The position numbers and the translations under genes are program-made. The notes below the pieces were generated by a model. That model ran no database searches. It had not been told where the DNA came from and worked only from the letters and a program-made list of their open reading frames with translations. A DNA stretch of 64,000 nucleotides from Perna viridis (Eukaryota). This document shows, piece after piece, positions 23,970 through 39,480 of the stretch (its first letter is position 1; each line of letters begins with the position of its first letter). The stretch spans positions 14,318,750 to 14,382,749 of the forward strand of contig CM074524.1 of the NCBI GenBank assembly GCA_037379345.1, read 5' to 3'.

Positions 23970-24690
23970 ATGTTAACAGTCAACTGCAGAAATCCTATTC
24001 TTACAGACGAGAGTAGCAACATTTTCAACACAAGGCGGATAACAATGACAGCTAGAATTATTGACCCAGAAACATCAAACCCATCAACAGTCTTTCTTCG
24101 AAATATAGACTATAAAGATGGTTCAGGTGAAGGATTTGGTGAAGCCTTTTTTAATGAAGCATCTCAATGGTCAATTCCTTTCTGGAAAAGTTCTGGCTTC
24201 TGTTCTGATGGGGCTTCCGTGATGACGAGTCGTGACAAAGGGATCCGGGGAAGACTTAAAGAGCACAAACCTCATTTAATTTATGTCCATTGTATGGTTC
24301 ATAGATTGGCATGTACGTTTTTGTGCTGGAATACCATTTGAAGAATAAAGACGTCATTTATTCTATTACTTCAAACATTCAGCTATATTAGAACAACAGC
24401 TACGCAAATTACAACAGTTACTTAACCATCGAAATCTCAAGTACAAAGAAATTCATGCAGTGAGATGGTTATCTTTTCATGAAGCTCTTGCGCGGTGTAC
24501 AGGACCATTGACCAGTTGATGAGCTACACTACCCGAAATCAAAGGGAAAATTAAAGAAAATGGCAACAACTGAATTGATTTATATCACATACCTGATGAT
24601 TCATGTAATGGCAATGGTATCAAACTATACATGGTTTTCAAGAAAGAAGACTTTGATGTTGTGATAGATAAGGTTAGTATATGTGAAAAT
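23970..24690 (+). pseudogene. hAT-superfamily transposase relic (ZNF862/Charlie-like catalytic region), unit 1
   Basis: Motifs LTDESS, FCSDGASVMT, HCMVHRLA (CxxH) and, in a downstream frame, HAVRWLSFHEAL. Frameshifts are present, plus a 22-bp deletion relative to unit 2 at ~24532. Confidence 0.85.
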
Positions 24691-25419
24691 GAGAGTTATG
24701 GGAGTATGAAAAAAAATCTCACCCAATACATTAAAAATTTTAAAAAATATGATATCAAGGAACAGGGCTTTTATTTTATTGCTGTTTGTTTTAATTTTTG
24801 TTTGGTACCCTGGGGCATAAATTGACGTATATGAACTATATTTTGCACATTACATATAAAATGATTTAAATTTACATGGGAACGGAATATACCAACTACC
24901 TTGCTGAACACCTACATATTACGTGACTAAATCATATAATCCAGATGTTAACGACAATATGAGCAAGGTCATGTAAACTTTCACTTAACATATCCAATTT
25001 ACATTTACTTGTATCTTCCCAATATTAAAATGGCAATATGACAGGCTCTAAAAGAACATTCATCATAACAAGCTAGTAGGGTATATATTATAGGAAGGCA
25101 AGATTGTATCAAATTAACCATATTTTTTATCATTATATTTTGATGTTACTGTACACGAATTAGTGGAATTAGTGAAAAAAGCAAAGCATTATGACCCATC
25201 GTTAATTATGACATTTCTCAATATTGAAATTGTGGATATTGTGAGTAAATCTATTGACTAAATTGCTTGTTTACATTTTTAGCACTTAAACAGTCATCTA
25301 AAAGTATTATCTTTTCTTTTGTTGACTGATTGAACTATAACTTGTACATTTGAGATTCACATAGAAGAACTTACTGGATTCTTCCTACATTTTTGGTATG
25401 AGGACAATCAATAAAGACA

Positions 25420-27020
25420 TACAATTATGGCCCTTCTGGTCACGCCATTACGGGAGATTTAAACATGATCAAAAACGAATCTCTGCGTAATGACCTTTTT
25501 AAAGGTCCCAAGTACCATGAACTACGCTTCATTAATTGGAATTATAACTTTAAAGTTCTTATGGACGCGGTGAAGGACTACGCAAGAAAATGGATAAAAC
25601 GAGAACAAGAATACATTGATCCACTGTAAGAGTGGGTAAAGGCTGTGAGGTCCATAATTTTGAAACGTATGAAAGTTTGAGTTGGGCAATGTGTGTCAAA
25701 GCTAATCAGTTCTCAAAGACCCCGGTGTAACAAAACATTGTCTACTATACATGACAAATATGTTGTCGTACCAGCAAACAAAGCCCAAAACAACATTGCT
25801 TTTGTCTGCAAAACTTTTTACATCCAATGTTTATTATCAGAAGTAGATGTAGAAAATAATAGCAATAATAGGACCTAGACTGTTACCACAATATCCAAAG
25901 ATAGTGGAAAACCATAAATCTATGCTATCCTCTTTTGGTCTCTATACCAAAGATGATGATTGTGATCTACCATATATGTACTGGATTCCTAAACTCAACA
26001 AGTACCCATACAAACAACACTACATAGCTGCATCCGCACAATGTACCACAAACCCTATTTCAAAACATTTTATTTCTATACTCACAACTGTCAAAGAAAG
26101 ACTCAAATCTACTATGACACTTATTACTCCTTTAGTGGTATTAATTCATTGTGGATCCTAAATCAAAGAAGGATCTTCTGGAAACCCTAAATTCTAGATT
26201 GTAAACCTATAATTTTTCCTCTTTATACTTCTACTTCCAATACTCAGTCAAAATCCCGACTCTAAAATATCATACATCGTGATACCCCGAAAAACACGAT
26301 ACACAAAGATGCAAATATGTAGTTCTTGGTACTTTGCTACCTTGAAGAACTTGAGGATACTACATGCACTATGAAGGCAGCCTCATATCTTTAACTACTC
26401 TGAGAGATCGATGGTAAATAAAAGCTATTGACCAACCTATACGACAAACGCAATAACTTTTAATTCCGTATTGGAAACTTTCCTTTCATCAGTGGCAACA
26501 TCCCTCATCACTTGCGTATGGAGTTTTCATGTCAGAACTCATACGTTATGTCAAAGCTTGCTTTAACTACGCAGACCTTTTGTTTCGTGCTATACTTCTT
26601 ACAATCAGGCTTCTGGAACACGTTTATGCTGCTACAATATTGAAGTCATCACAACAAAAGTTTTTTGTCGTCATCAAGAACTCGTGGAAACTTACGGCGT
26701 ATCCATCTGTACCATGAAAACTGATTTATTCAGCGTGTAATAGTTTTCCTTTCCTCTTTTTTCTACCCTGGACTTGACATTTATGAGAAACTTGGCGGAT
26801 GTTTCTAGAAAAAAAACAGAGGACACTTATCCTACTGATGCATCTGGTCCATGCTCCCAGTTTTTAGAGGAATCCGAGTTGCTCATTTACTTTTGTTACT
26901 TTGTATGTATTATTTTTGTTATTTTATGTTCTTTGTTGTCTGTGACTGTTTTCCAAGTCTGGTCTTTGTCCCTTGATTACATTCTTTTGATTTCCGCTAG
27001 ATTACTCCCTTGATTACTCT
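25420..27020 (+). mobile_element. 5'-truncated decayed Penelope-like RT element, unit 1/2 junction
   Basis: YNYGPSGHAITGDLNMIKNESLRNDLFKGPKYHE, LPYMYWIPKLNKYPYKQHYIAAS and MSELIRYVKAC; same RT-core deletion as in 3694-5918. Confidence 0.85.
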
Positions 27021-28192
27021 TATAACAGGTATGCGAAATAAAGCAGAATGTATTTATATGAGAAAAATGCTGTAAATTTTGCAAAATTGAGTAAGACTTA
27101 GCAGAACTTAAAAACAAAAACTAAGAAAAATTGAGTTAAACTTGACAAAATATAGTAAAATGATTTTAATAAAATTTGGATCTGGATAACAATCGAAATG
27201 AACATTATTATCAACCTCTTCACCTTACAAGGAAACATTGACGAGGGAAGAAATTGAGTTGGTTTGAAAGGTTGAAAGTTAGGGTTTTTGAGATCTATAG
27301 TAGCTTAAACAGTTGTGAAAAGATTGTAAATTTGTGCTGTTGTGTGATTATTAATATATATCAAGTATTATTTAACGGCAATCTATTCCATGTAAATACA
27401 TGTAATAATCTAGGACATGCAACAAAAATTGCATTTTTTAAAAAGTACATAGAGTAGATTTCGCCATATATATATATATATATATCGTCTTAAAATGTGG
27501 GTATGAAAATACGTGCCAAGACGTCTTTTGATTGAAAGCATGTGCTGCTTGATATTTCCTGTGACTATGCAACACTGATACGATTTTGTCACCTTTCAGC
27601 ATTCCTTGCCTTTACATAATCAAATTATCAATCTTTCTAACCTTAAATAACTTTAATTACCTTAAAAATATTTTTCTAACCGGATACGATAATCCGTATT
27701 TGAAGGACTTCATAACCTGACATCTCAGAATTTTCTAAAGCATAAACTAATTCATAAAAAAACGTCTTTGAATACTTTCTAGAAAACAAAATTAACTTAT
27801 TAAAACCTAACGATGTTATACTAATGAATTCTATAAGTTTTCTGTTCTACGCACACTCATTGTGTTTTTTTATCAAATACAATATTCACCAATTTCTTAA
27901 CTACTTCTTCGTCTCACTCACTTCCCTTTACGTCAGTCAAGCGTCAAACTATTTTAGCCAAATCTGTGTATAAATATCAATCGATAACCAATCAAATACC
28001 GAATATAATCTGGAAAAATCCACTAGTCTTTTAGAATTTCCTTCAACCTTTACCTTTAACTTTATATAGCATGTTACCCAAACAGATTCTCTAACTGCGA
28101 TGAACAGCAATGGAGTTGGACGTCATGCAATGTGACGAAGGGGTTTATAACAACTTGTGCACAACATATATATCTCCGTGACAATTCATGAC

Positions 28193-29274
28193 TTAAAATT
28201 TTCCTGCGATTCTAGAAAGTCCCTGTTCATGTGTAGCAAAACTACTTTCATTGCTCTTTAAAAGTTTAGATCCAATTGTGGCAGAGACTGTTTCTTGCTC
28301 TTGCTTGACATTATAATTTCGTTGTTTCGTGTTTATTTGAGGGGTATTGGATATTTGTTGCATTCCTCCATTGACCTGGGCATCTCCTACAACTGTCGTT
28401 GTGTTCACTAACCCACATCTGCATCTCAACTCCTTTCTGAACACTTTCATCCTCTGGAGGTACACAACAGGATCAATAAGTGGATTTAACAAAGTACTAA
28501 TAGACAGTATTTCTACTACACGTAACGATTGAGCAGTATGTGCATTTCTGGTATCGAAAATCCAGAACAAATAAATTTGTCGTGGGATGTAAGCTATAAA
28601 TGCGGCTGAAATTATAATGTATGTTGTTATGATGTTCCGCTTAAGCGCTGCAATTTTGCAAGATGAAAATATGTTTTGATTTGATGTAAGAAGATCGTTC
28701 ACTCTCAGAATATGTTGCTTTAAACGAAACCTGATGATCAAACAACATGAAGCAATAGCGGTACCGAGGACAATAAATGGCACATCATACATTAAGTAAT
28801 ATTTTAAAATTACAGTTTCCGAAAGTCCCCATCTAATTGGGTAAAGAGAAATTGAATAGTTAATAGAAAACCCAAGAAGCGCGTAAATGTGAGCTATGAC
28901 AAATCCAGCAATAGTTGATTTGTGTGACGTCATAACCGAAAGTATTTTTTTGGTATACACAAACGTTGCTTTGATCTGAACTTAGCTAATCTGAAGTGTT
29001 TGGAACAAGGAAAAAATAAGAGTCCCACCAATCAAGTTTATGAATATACTACATTGAGTAGAATAAAGAAGACTTTCGTTGGCAAAATGGCTGTATACCG
29101 CATGAAATATACACTCTAATCCAATAGACGCATCACTCAGACTTAATCCAAGACGAGGCACAAAAACCGGTTCTTTCGCAGATGTTTCTTTTTACAAAGT
29201 ACAAACAAGCTCCAAATATGAAAGAGCAAAGTACAACAGCTGGCAACAATCACTACCAATAGGTTTCCCTTCAT
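28193..29274 (-). pseudogene. GPCR copy 2 (pseudogene)
   Basis: ATG at 29274; 1-bp deletion at ~29151 (CAAGACG vs CAAGGACG); in-frame TAA at 28984-28982; ECL2 Cys changed to Trp; TM7 DPVVY retained. Confidence 0.9.
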
Positions 29275-30543
29275 TTTTTATTCTTATATATCAACTTTGT
29301 AATTAAGATTTACTCCTTCAAAATGATTAGAAATAAGGAAATATATACAAATAGTTCATAATAAATATTAAAATCACTGATCGTTAATACATTAAGGATA
29401 CTATACCTATATAAGAATCAAAGTTAACTTCAGGATCTGATTGGCTACAACAATACCACCTTCTTAAAACAGATGACTTCGTCGACATATGTTTTTTTGT
29501 GTTCTGATAAAAAGGAAAGGGTTCCATAGAATAGAAAAATGTTTACTCAAGTACATAATGTTTGCCTTTCACAAAATTGATTCACCACCAGAAAAACGTT
29601 AGTTATTTAAAGACTACTGACTACATATAAATACACCATAAAGCACCAATAATTATAAGTATCATATTGGCTACACAACTTATAAATATCATGTTTGTTG
29701 AAAACTGCCCCTCTGTGAAAAAAAAATATTGTTCACAAAGTAATAAAATCATTACAAAAATACAACAAGAATGAAATATAAAGAAATAATGCAAAGTGTA
29801 TCTGCGAATTTTTATTTTATGTTACCATATTAACAGTCAGTTGTCAACTTTCAAGACCTCCGTCCGTTTACATAAATAGACAATATTGCACGCAACTACA
29901 CTATTACGAAAATTCACAAACACACTATGTTTAATTCTTAGGCGAATCTGTACTTTTATACACTTTACTTCTCTAAGAATTGAATATTTTAGTTCTCCGA
30001 ATCGACCGCCTGCAGAAATTGTCGTATTTTAATCATTTTGGAATGGATGGAGTTCATTACAAGATTAAACTGCTTATTACTAAAACTCAAATTGAAAGAA
30101 ATAAATTATTGATATGAATATCTTTCAAGTAAAATAAAATAACTATGTCATTTGTACTTCCTTACTTTATATATCAGTATTGTAAGATAAGGGTAGTTAG
30201 TTCGATCTAAGTTTAAAATTTAAAATAATAAGAAAAAAACATTTAAAATAATGATTATACGAAACCAGTAAACTATTTGGTATACTTGCAGATCTTAAAT
30301 TCGTCAAATGTTTTGAATCAATAATCATTTTTTACAATGAACACGTTTGTAACTCATTACTTGAGATTCCATTGACATCAAAAAGGTATTCGACCATTCA
30401 ATATTTTTTAGCATCATCAAAATATTACTTGGTGGAACAATTATTTTTCAATCTGTAGGTGATGTGAAAATAAGAAACGAACTGGTTATAATGTTTGTTA
30501 TTTTGAAAGGTTTATTTATTTCCTATTCATAACCTTTAAATTA

Positions 30544-30918
30544 CAGTACCTGAACCAGTCCGTGCAACAATTTTGCGATCGGTCATCGCTCACCGATCTG
30601 TTTCTGATCAGTCATTGATCCGTCGAACCGATACATTAAACCGACGATTGCATCACGTGACCACAGAATCGTCAAATATTTTACAGATTTTGTTGTTTTA
30701 TTTGTTAATTTTACACATATAAACTTAATACAGTAGTTTAAAACATCAATTAATACTTTTATTTTACATTTGTTTCATTTTTAACAGATCATTTGTCATT
30801 TTACATAACAAAACTGCGATCAGATCGGTCACCGGTCATCGGTTATCGATCCTTCATCGATCAATCAGTCAGCGGCCATTGATCCGTCAAATTGTTGCCC
30901 TGATCGGATCAGGGACTG
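30544..30918. mobile_element. Tc1/mariner-type MITE, unit 2 copy of 10039-10413
   Basis: Same TA-flanked CAGT...ACTG termini. Confidence 0.75.
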
Positions 30919-33900
30919 TAGCTAGTCCTTGTCTGCCAAATAATAATAGGATAATTAATTGGAACAAGTGAACAACCAAAATGTGACCACGAGTGCCGAA
31001 GGACGCATAGATGAAACGAACGGGCGGAACTTGTTCCTCGCATGAGTTCAATCTCAATGCGTTCTTGCAACGATTGATCATATTTTGGTTATTGACGACA
31101 ACCAATTGATTATCCTAAATATTATATAGATTTTCCCATTATTCATTGCTATTTTCAATATAAATTTTAAATTTTGTGATTCGGTTGATCACTGCTATCT
31201 GTACAATAGTACATTTGAAGAAAAAAAAAAACTTTAAATTTTAAAATTTATTTTTTAAAAAAATACGCTGGCAATAATATTTTTTTTAAAGAATCATTCT
31301 ACATAGCTGTAATAACAAATAGAACCAATATGTCGAATTACCCTTGATTTATGAGACGTAAAAATTTGCGGAATGTAGTAAAAGGAAAAAAAAGAAAACT
31401 AAAACATTAAAACTAAAAACAACTACTCTGCAAACATAACGAAATGACCAAATACTGTTACAGAGATTTTAGTAATTCGATGAGGAAAAAAAACGGATGT
31501 GGAATGTGTAAAATGTCTAGAAAAAAGTATTCAGTGTTCTGGGCTAAACATTAAATCTGGAATATAAATAAATATAAAAAATATAAAAATAATATATAAA
31601 AAATAATCTGGAATGGATGAGTTGTATTGTCATAGAGCATATTGGACTTTAAATATGAGACCAGAATTAGAACAAAGACCATGATTTTCCTCTGATCCAG
31701 GGACAAAGGCAAGATCAGATAAAATTATGAAAAAAATACAAATGATCTGAAATATACACACAGAAACTAAACATGAATAATTGCAACAGGTGGGTCGATT
31801 GGCTATACGCGTCACCGTCCCTCGTACCAAGTGAATCAACAAAAATCAATGACTGATAAATGCGTACTGACCCTTCTACTTATACTCCTGGACTCACCTT
31901 GACACCGGTTAGTCCCACTGGTACTGGACTTCAGAAATTTCAATATATTACACTACATGTAAAAGTGCGGGATAATGCCAAACATATTTCAGAAGTAAAT
32001 GAGAAGCTGTTGCATCTAATTTTATCCACAAACGTGAGGACCTATTGCTCTTAGTGTACTAATCGGACTGGAACAAAGTGAAAAGTCTATTTCATTCATA
32101 TGTACTTCTTAGTAGGTACAAACCTTCTGTGAAATGACAAATTCTTTCTGGAATTTGAAGAAACATCCTACAAATGGCTAAATGTTCCATTCGTACTGCA
32201 GGTCTTTGCACAGTGGTATTGTTTGATTTATTGTATAAAATTGACTTGCCATGAGAGATTATTTCATCCCTTCAGTTACACAATATAAAAATTGAGCAAA
32301 CCATTCTACGCTTAATCAAAAGAAAAATGGTGTACCTAGTATAAGAATGGTGTGTTATTGCATGTATCACTTCCTCGTACATATAAAAAGGAATAGATTG
32401 CCCATATTTTTTTTCTGAAATACTTCGTTCACTGTAGTAAAAAAGTCATCAATTAAGAAAAATTATAAAGCAATGATTCTCACATCTATGCAATATATTT
32501 TTGTTGCTGGATTTAGAGTTGATTGTCAATAATTGAAAATTCGTCCTTGTCTATATAATATGCAAGCGTAGGGTACTGATACCATTTAAAATTGTTATGT
32601 CCCGCTTTGCAGGAGACACAAAGTGTGCGTCTACCCATGACTTTAACATCGACATTTTTGACTATCTCATATCTCTATATGAACATTTGTTTCGGTTTTA
32701 ATTAACAAAAATGACTAATGTAACATTTTGTACCTTGGTGGTAGACAAGATGTAATTCTCAAAGCTAATGTGTTGGTTGTGACATTTTGTGTTTGTATTG
32801 CCAAAAAAATGACTGTGGATGGCTATGCCAGTCATTAGTTTGTCTAGAATTGTTAACGATTAATAATGTATTTTGTTATCATGGTACTGATAACTGATTA
32901 CTCTTTCAAACACGTGTACAGCATTACAAAATTAACACAAATAGTCAACCCGTGGTAAAACATTAACAAACTTGAGTTTCCGTTATTTATTTCGATTCTA
33001 ATAGAACAATTAGGGTATTTTTTTAACATTTTCGTGGCCTATTACGGTACCCATATTTGTTCGTATTTGGCTGTACACTTTAAGCTATGTCAGTTGAAAT
33101 GGTCCCTCGTGAAACTTAGTGCTTTGTATTATTTATAATGAAGGGAAGGCCGAAAAAACAATATTAGATATGGCAATAGTTGTTTGCATTGTAAGGTCAC
33201 AGTTGTCACACATGAATGTGACGAGTGCTACCGTGTACGTGTGTAAAATGATTTTCACGGAACACGATATAACTTTTCTAAAACATAACGTTTAATATTT
33301 GAATTTCTTTTCGTATATGAAATTCCGTTAATAGTTCAACCTAATATGCAAATTAAGTTCTTTACCTATTCGAGTAGCCCTTTCCGCTTTGATGATTTTG
33401 CTTGTAGTATTTAAACAAATCGTGAAAGTTTTTTCATTTATGCGACGTTCGTTACGAGATAAGGTTTTATAGGTGTATACATCCCCACCCTTCAGCTCCC
33501 CACCCTACACCCTGAGTCGGTCCAACCAATCCTAGTTTGCTTGTATTGTTGTACATAGGATGTTTTCATATCTAATCACATTTAATCAGCGTTCAGTGCA
33601 GTCCAAATTTACATGAGCCCTTTATTCGCTATGAACGACGGTTTTTTGTGTTATCTATGTGTGCATTATTATAAGAAAACTCGGCAGATTTTTAGGTCCA
33701 GGCAGTTAACGTTTCGTTCTTCTTTATTCAAGTTCTTAATTTTAATCTTACAATTGCATCAATCATTGTAAATTGTTGAATAAATAGCGATCTTGTAACG
33801 AACGCACAACCCTACACTGTCTTGTTTTTTACATTCATAGTAGCCAAGAAAAGATTTATTTTCTGACGAATGCAATGAGGGAGAAAATAATTTCATAAAA

Positions 33901-36900
33901 TATGAATTTAATATTCACTCTACTGAAATGAATGAAAACATCTGATACACATCGGAATGTTACGTGTGTTTCTTTACATGATTTAAGGTGGGAGGTAATA
34001 AACACACACTCAAGCTACGCCCAATACAGTCTCTTGCTGCTCATATAGCAATCGAAAATCAACCAAAGTTGTCGTCCCAAAGCCCTTTAAGGACTTATTA
34101 CAATTTGCGATATATTACATACATAAGAGCACTACGAAATGAAAACCCTGAAATATTACTTTTTGTGTACCATAACAATGTCAGTTTATATCTAATGCCA
34201 AGTAGACTGCTTTTAAAAGACGCAGAAAAACTCAAAAGGACACCATCGAGAATAATAGAATTCTTTATAGCAAGGATTATCTTTTCCGTACATTGTACAT
34301 GCATATTTGTAGCTAGATTTAAAGCTGATTTTTTCTTATATAACACGCAACCTTAAGGTACCGATACCAGTGATACTCATTTTAGCCGATAGATATGAAT
34401 ATTTAGTGTAAATTTGTGTAATGCAATTTATATCTTTTCTTTTGAAGAAATACATTTCATATTTTCTGTAAGTCATGATTTTGTCAAATATACGACAATG
34501 TCATGCACAGAAGCATGTCCCTATTTTCACACTGTTTGTAGTACACTTGGCAAATATTATTTCATTTCTCATCTTACGTCAAAAGCAGCTTTGAAATATT
34601 TTTAGACGCTAAATGCGTATATAAAATGTTACTATGTGGAGTTGACCAATTGTTTTTTTTCTTACGCATGAAAAAGTATATCTGCATTTTATATTTATGT
34701 TACGATTTTTCAAATATACGACCATGTCTAATAAATGTGTCCCTTCTATCACTATATCGACAAAAAATTAAACTAAATTAATTTCTATCAAAATTCGTGG
34801 AATGGAAATTTGTAGGGACGATCATACGTTTTTAATCCTGATTAATCTGAATTCAATTTGACATCAGTTTCCCTAGCATGACAATAGACAAATTTGAAAA
34901 GGCCAAAAATGACAAATAAAAATAAAAATTGTGAGTTTGTCTCTATATTTCTCGTTCTAGGGAAACTAAATACAAATATGGCAACAACGTATATACTTGG
35001 TCTCTTGTTCATGAATCATTTGGGATTACAGATTCGCCTTTTAATTAAGAATCTTATTTCACAATGCATTCTTCTTTACAAAGACCAATTAAAAATCAGG
35101 AAACAACATTAGATATCACATAATTGGTCTCGAAATTAGACCTGACATCATATTAAAAACACCTTAAAAAGGGTAATGATTAGCCTTTTCCCCCTATTGT
35201 GACCGTAAATGAATCAACATGTATTAGGTATTGCTTACACTATTCGGTGAGGGACCCATTAATACTAATTAAGCATTTTAACGTCAGCTGAATAGATGTA
35301 ATTTTATCTAAGATTAGGGCGTTGTTAAATGTAAATAATATATCCGTGCATAATGGCTTAAAAATGAAAGTTCATTCAAAATCCTCGACAAGAAAATCGA
35401 CGGTCATTGTTCACCATGAACAGACACTGGTCAGGTTTTTTTCATCACAATAATTGAATAATTGCCGGAAGACAATAATGTTGAAGGACATGTTACAGAT
35501 TTTTGTTACCCACGAATGATAATTGACAGACCTTGTTAACAATATGCATATATCTAGCGGAACTTTCTTAACTTTGACAGATGAATTCAGACGTGAATAA
35601 CCCTAAACATGTTACCTATATATATATATATTGCTTTTTTCATATAGATACGACAATGTAGTAATTGGACAACCGATAAACAGAATAGTTACTTCCGATG
35701 TTGATACTGACAATGTCATGTGGAATATCATTGTCATTACCAAAATTGAAAGTAACTATTAATCAATATATATGTGCATTGTATATCAAAACAAACATTG
35801 ATTGGAAATGTATGTTACATTGTAATTGTCAATTAACAGTAGTAGGTAATTTCATTTGTGTACCTGCATTAGTTTTCTTTGAAAAAGGTCAAATTAACGA
35901 TTTTGAAATGCTTTTTTTTTATATGTTTCTTTTTAAGCAAAATAAATCATATATCCATTTGTTTCAATTTTGAAAAGTTTTGTATACTAAAACACCAATT
36001 GATTCATTGTCAAGTTAAATGTAGCTTGTAGTATCCAGACATCTGAACTTTTTAATACAAGTCAACAAATATATACATTTTTTTTTTAATTTCTGAACAA
36101 ATTAAATTCGACAATAACTTAAATATAGATTTCTCTTTGAATTTTCGCAATTATCACAATACAAAGTCACTAACAACAACTAGAAATAATTATTAAACCA
36201 AAGTTTACATGACTACACACGGGTCAGTTGCACCGTACTGTTTGGATGGTCTAAACATCCTTTTAATGGAAAACACCACACTGGATGGACGTATCATTCC
36301 AACCAAACACGGAGGATAAGTGAAAAATTCAAGAAAGTATGAATGTTAACCAGAGAACTTGCAATCAATAAAAACAACCAGCACCTGCACTTAAACATAT
36401 AATATACCAGTCCCCCCTTTTTGTGTTAAATGTAAAAAAATGGTGATGTTAATCCAGAAGACATTTCTTTCATGACAATATTCACATAGTTCATGACTTA
36501 GGTATATATTAAATTTTCAAAAAGTCTGGCGTACAAAAAAAAATAAATAATTGGTATCTGTGTATGAGAATGATTAAGAGAAAGCTGTTGGTGGTACATT
36601 TTAAATGGATGGAAATTGACATATAGAATAACCGTACACGAATCGTCCAGACACTGTACAAGTAAATAAAAGAAAATAAAATATCTCAGATCTTTGAGCT
36701 AAAGTTTGCAATAATATATTACAAACATAGCAAACAAAACATCAATAAATGCTAAAAACAAAATAAAACAAAAAAAACCCGGGCATTCAGGTCAGATAAT
36801 AGTTTATATATGACCAATAAAATCGTCAATGTATCTTCCTGTAACTGTCTGTTTTAGGTCGGGGTGAATCTAAATAATTGATGTTCATATCAAATTCTCC

Positions 36901-38993
36901 CTGACCACAGTCGAAAATCCCTTATTTGTGTGATGAAAATGAAAATGTAATTAATCAGTTCATAATATATTCACATAAACCCATGGCATGACCTGCAATT
37001 GAATGCTGAAGATGATATGATTGGTCAATTCATAATGTACCCATATTAACCCCTGACATGACCTGTAATGGAACATTGTAGATGATGATATAATTAATTA
37101 GTTTATAATGCACTCACATTAACCCCTGGCATGACCTCCAATGGATTGGATTCTTGGTCAACTATAAAGTATTTAAAAATAAATCCTTGACATGACCTCC
37201 AATGGAATGTTATTGGGAATAGTATTATTGGTCAGCTATAATGTATTCGCATTAACCCCTGACATGACCTCTAACGGAATGTTGTTGGAAATGGTATTAT
37301 TGGTCAGCTATAATGTATTCACATTAAACTCTGACATTATTTAAAATTGAATGTTGTTCACAATGATATAATTGGTCCATTCATGATGTATTCTGACAAA
37401 CCACTGGCATGATCTCTAATTGATAGTTGTTAAATTTTCAGCAAATTGACATTAAATTGAGATTGACATTAAGTAGCTGTCTTTGTAAGAATCATGCAAA
37501 ATATGACAAATGTGATACATCCCCAAAAAGGCTACATATTTTTATTATATTTGTAACTAAGTTGTTTCATGGGTCTATACTATGAAATGTGTAATTATTC
37601 ATTCAAATCTGCCTGCTCTTAGGAGATAATCAACATTGAAAATTCAGTAGATTCAATTGTATTTGAGCGTCATTTACAGAGTTATCTCCCTTAATTTTTA
37701 AATCTACAGTGTATTCTATATAATGTTTATCTCTAAAGAGCACGGGTTATATGAAAAACCACATGTTAATTTCTGTTTACTATGACATTTCAAACAAAAT
37801 AGAAAAAATAAAAAATATGTAGGCTTTTTACCCATGAATCACATTTTGCATGATTCTTAGCTGGAGTGCTATTTAAAGATAAAGCAGCATTGTAGATTTA
37901 ATTTCAATTTAACTGTTATGCAAAATAATATTCAGTAAAGTGAAACCGCCAAACAGTTAAAAATACATATTGTAATCTTTGACTATATTAAAGGTCAATG
38001 AAAAAGTCATGCCATATCAAAATATTCACATTCTAGCTTCGTGAGATAGGGAGAGAGCATTAACAATAAATTGTTTAATTAAAAAAAATAATTTACAAAA
38101 TAAAAATACATGTACATTAAACAAACTTTGAGATTTAAAATTTATTTTCAAAAGGGAGGTAAAAAAGCCTGTTGTAATGTTAAATTCATAAGTTACAAAT
38201 ATTTATAGTTTTTTTTTAATGATATAATGTAAGTTGAGAAATTACTGCTTGCATTTTAATTGAGATATAATTATTTTAGAACAAAATAAATATGGAATTC
38301 CAATTTTGCATTATTGAAAAAAAAATCAATTCATTCTGAAATTATTGCACAAATTTACACATTGATTTAGTAACTTCAGATCAAAATCGATAAAAATACC
38401 GATCTTGGTCCAGTGATGTGTACCAAATCTTATGCACAGATATGCCAATTAAGTGAGATATTAAAGACACTTTCTCATTTAAAACTGTTTTGTTTCAATA
38501 TAACTTATAACAATGATTCTTATGAACATGACACAAGTAGTTATACAGTGTTACTCGCATAGCCTATTTGACAGAAGAAATTAAGCCATTTATAGGAATG
38601 TAGAATTAACAGAAATTACCATTTTAATGAAAAGTACCTAATGTTTTCATAGTTTAAGTCGGTATGCTCTTCTTTTATGTCTCCTGCCTTTAATGTACAG
38701 TTAAGAGAAAGATAACACGTTTTAAAAAAAATTCTAAAGACAACTGAGGGATTTCACTAACAATGCAACGTTTTTATACCCATTTAAGTATATTTTTGAG
38801 TAAATTCGGACAAATGTTTATGTAATTATGGGGAATGTCCCAATTTTTGAACTTACATCATGCAAATAAAAGGAATTATTTTATATGGATAGGAGAGAAG
38901 GTTCTTTTGTGTTTTTGGATTTACAGGAAATGCAATTAACAGGTATATGAACGAGTAGAATACACTGTATCTACAAATAATGCATGTAATATA

Positions 38994-39480
38994 CAGTGAA
39001 ATCTAACCAAACCCAATCCAGAATAAACAGAAAACCTTAAATAAGGTTAACAAAAAATACCGAACACTTATCCATTTTTTAATCATGTCAAGTCCAATAT
39101 AAATCTGGCAAATTATGTATTACACCATCGGAGCAGCTGGTACTGCGATAGCCGTGACATGGTACAGGCATTCAAACGAAATGGTGGATTAAATCTTCCA
39201 TTGCGGCGTGAATAAACCAGTGGTGATTAAATAGCATTTGCATGCTACTGCATCATAATTAGTAACTCAGCGGTCACATGAACACAAAAAAAAAGAAAAG
39301 GAAAAAAAAAGAAAAAAAAATCTTTACCCATTAATTCAGTTGAAATCGGGTAAACCTGACACTTTTGGAAGTCCCAATGTGTCCGTCCAAATATATTTTG
39401 AACCTGTATGAACTGAACACCTGTCTAAACCAACCGAATTGTACAGTACAAAAATGATTAGGTTTAGACAGGTTTCACTG
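38994..39480. mobile_element. MITE, unit 2 copy of 19387-19871
   Basis: Same TIRs and TA flanks. Confidence 0.75.

Larger units (their letters stand above)
4501..25555. repeat. Tandem segmental duplication, unit 1 (~21.05 kb)
   Basis: The ORF track repeats with offsets of +20.5 kb, then +19.6 kb after an 898-bp deletion in unit 2. Homology to unit 2 begins at TTCTTATGGA (4501 = 25556 = 45199). Segment 4501-~9330 is visibly more diverged than the rest. Confidence 0.95.
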
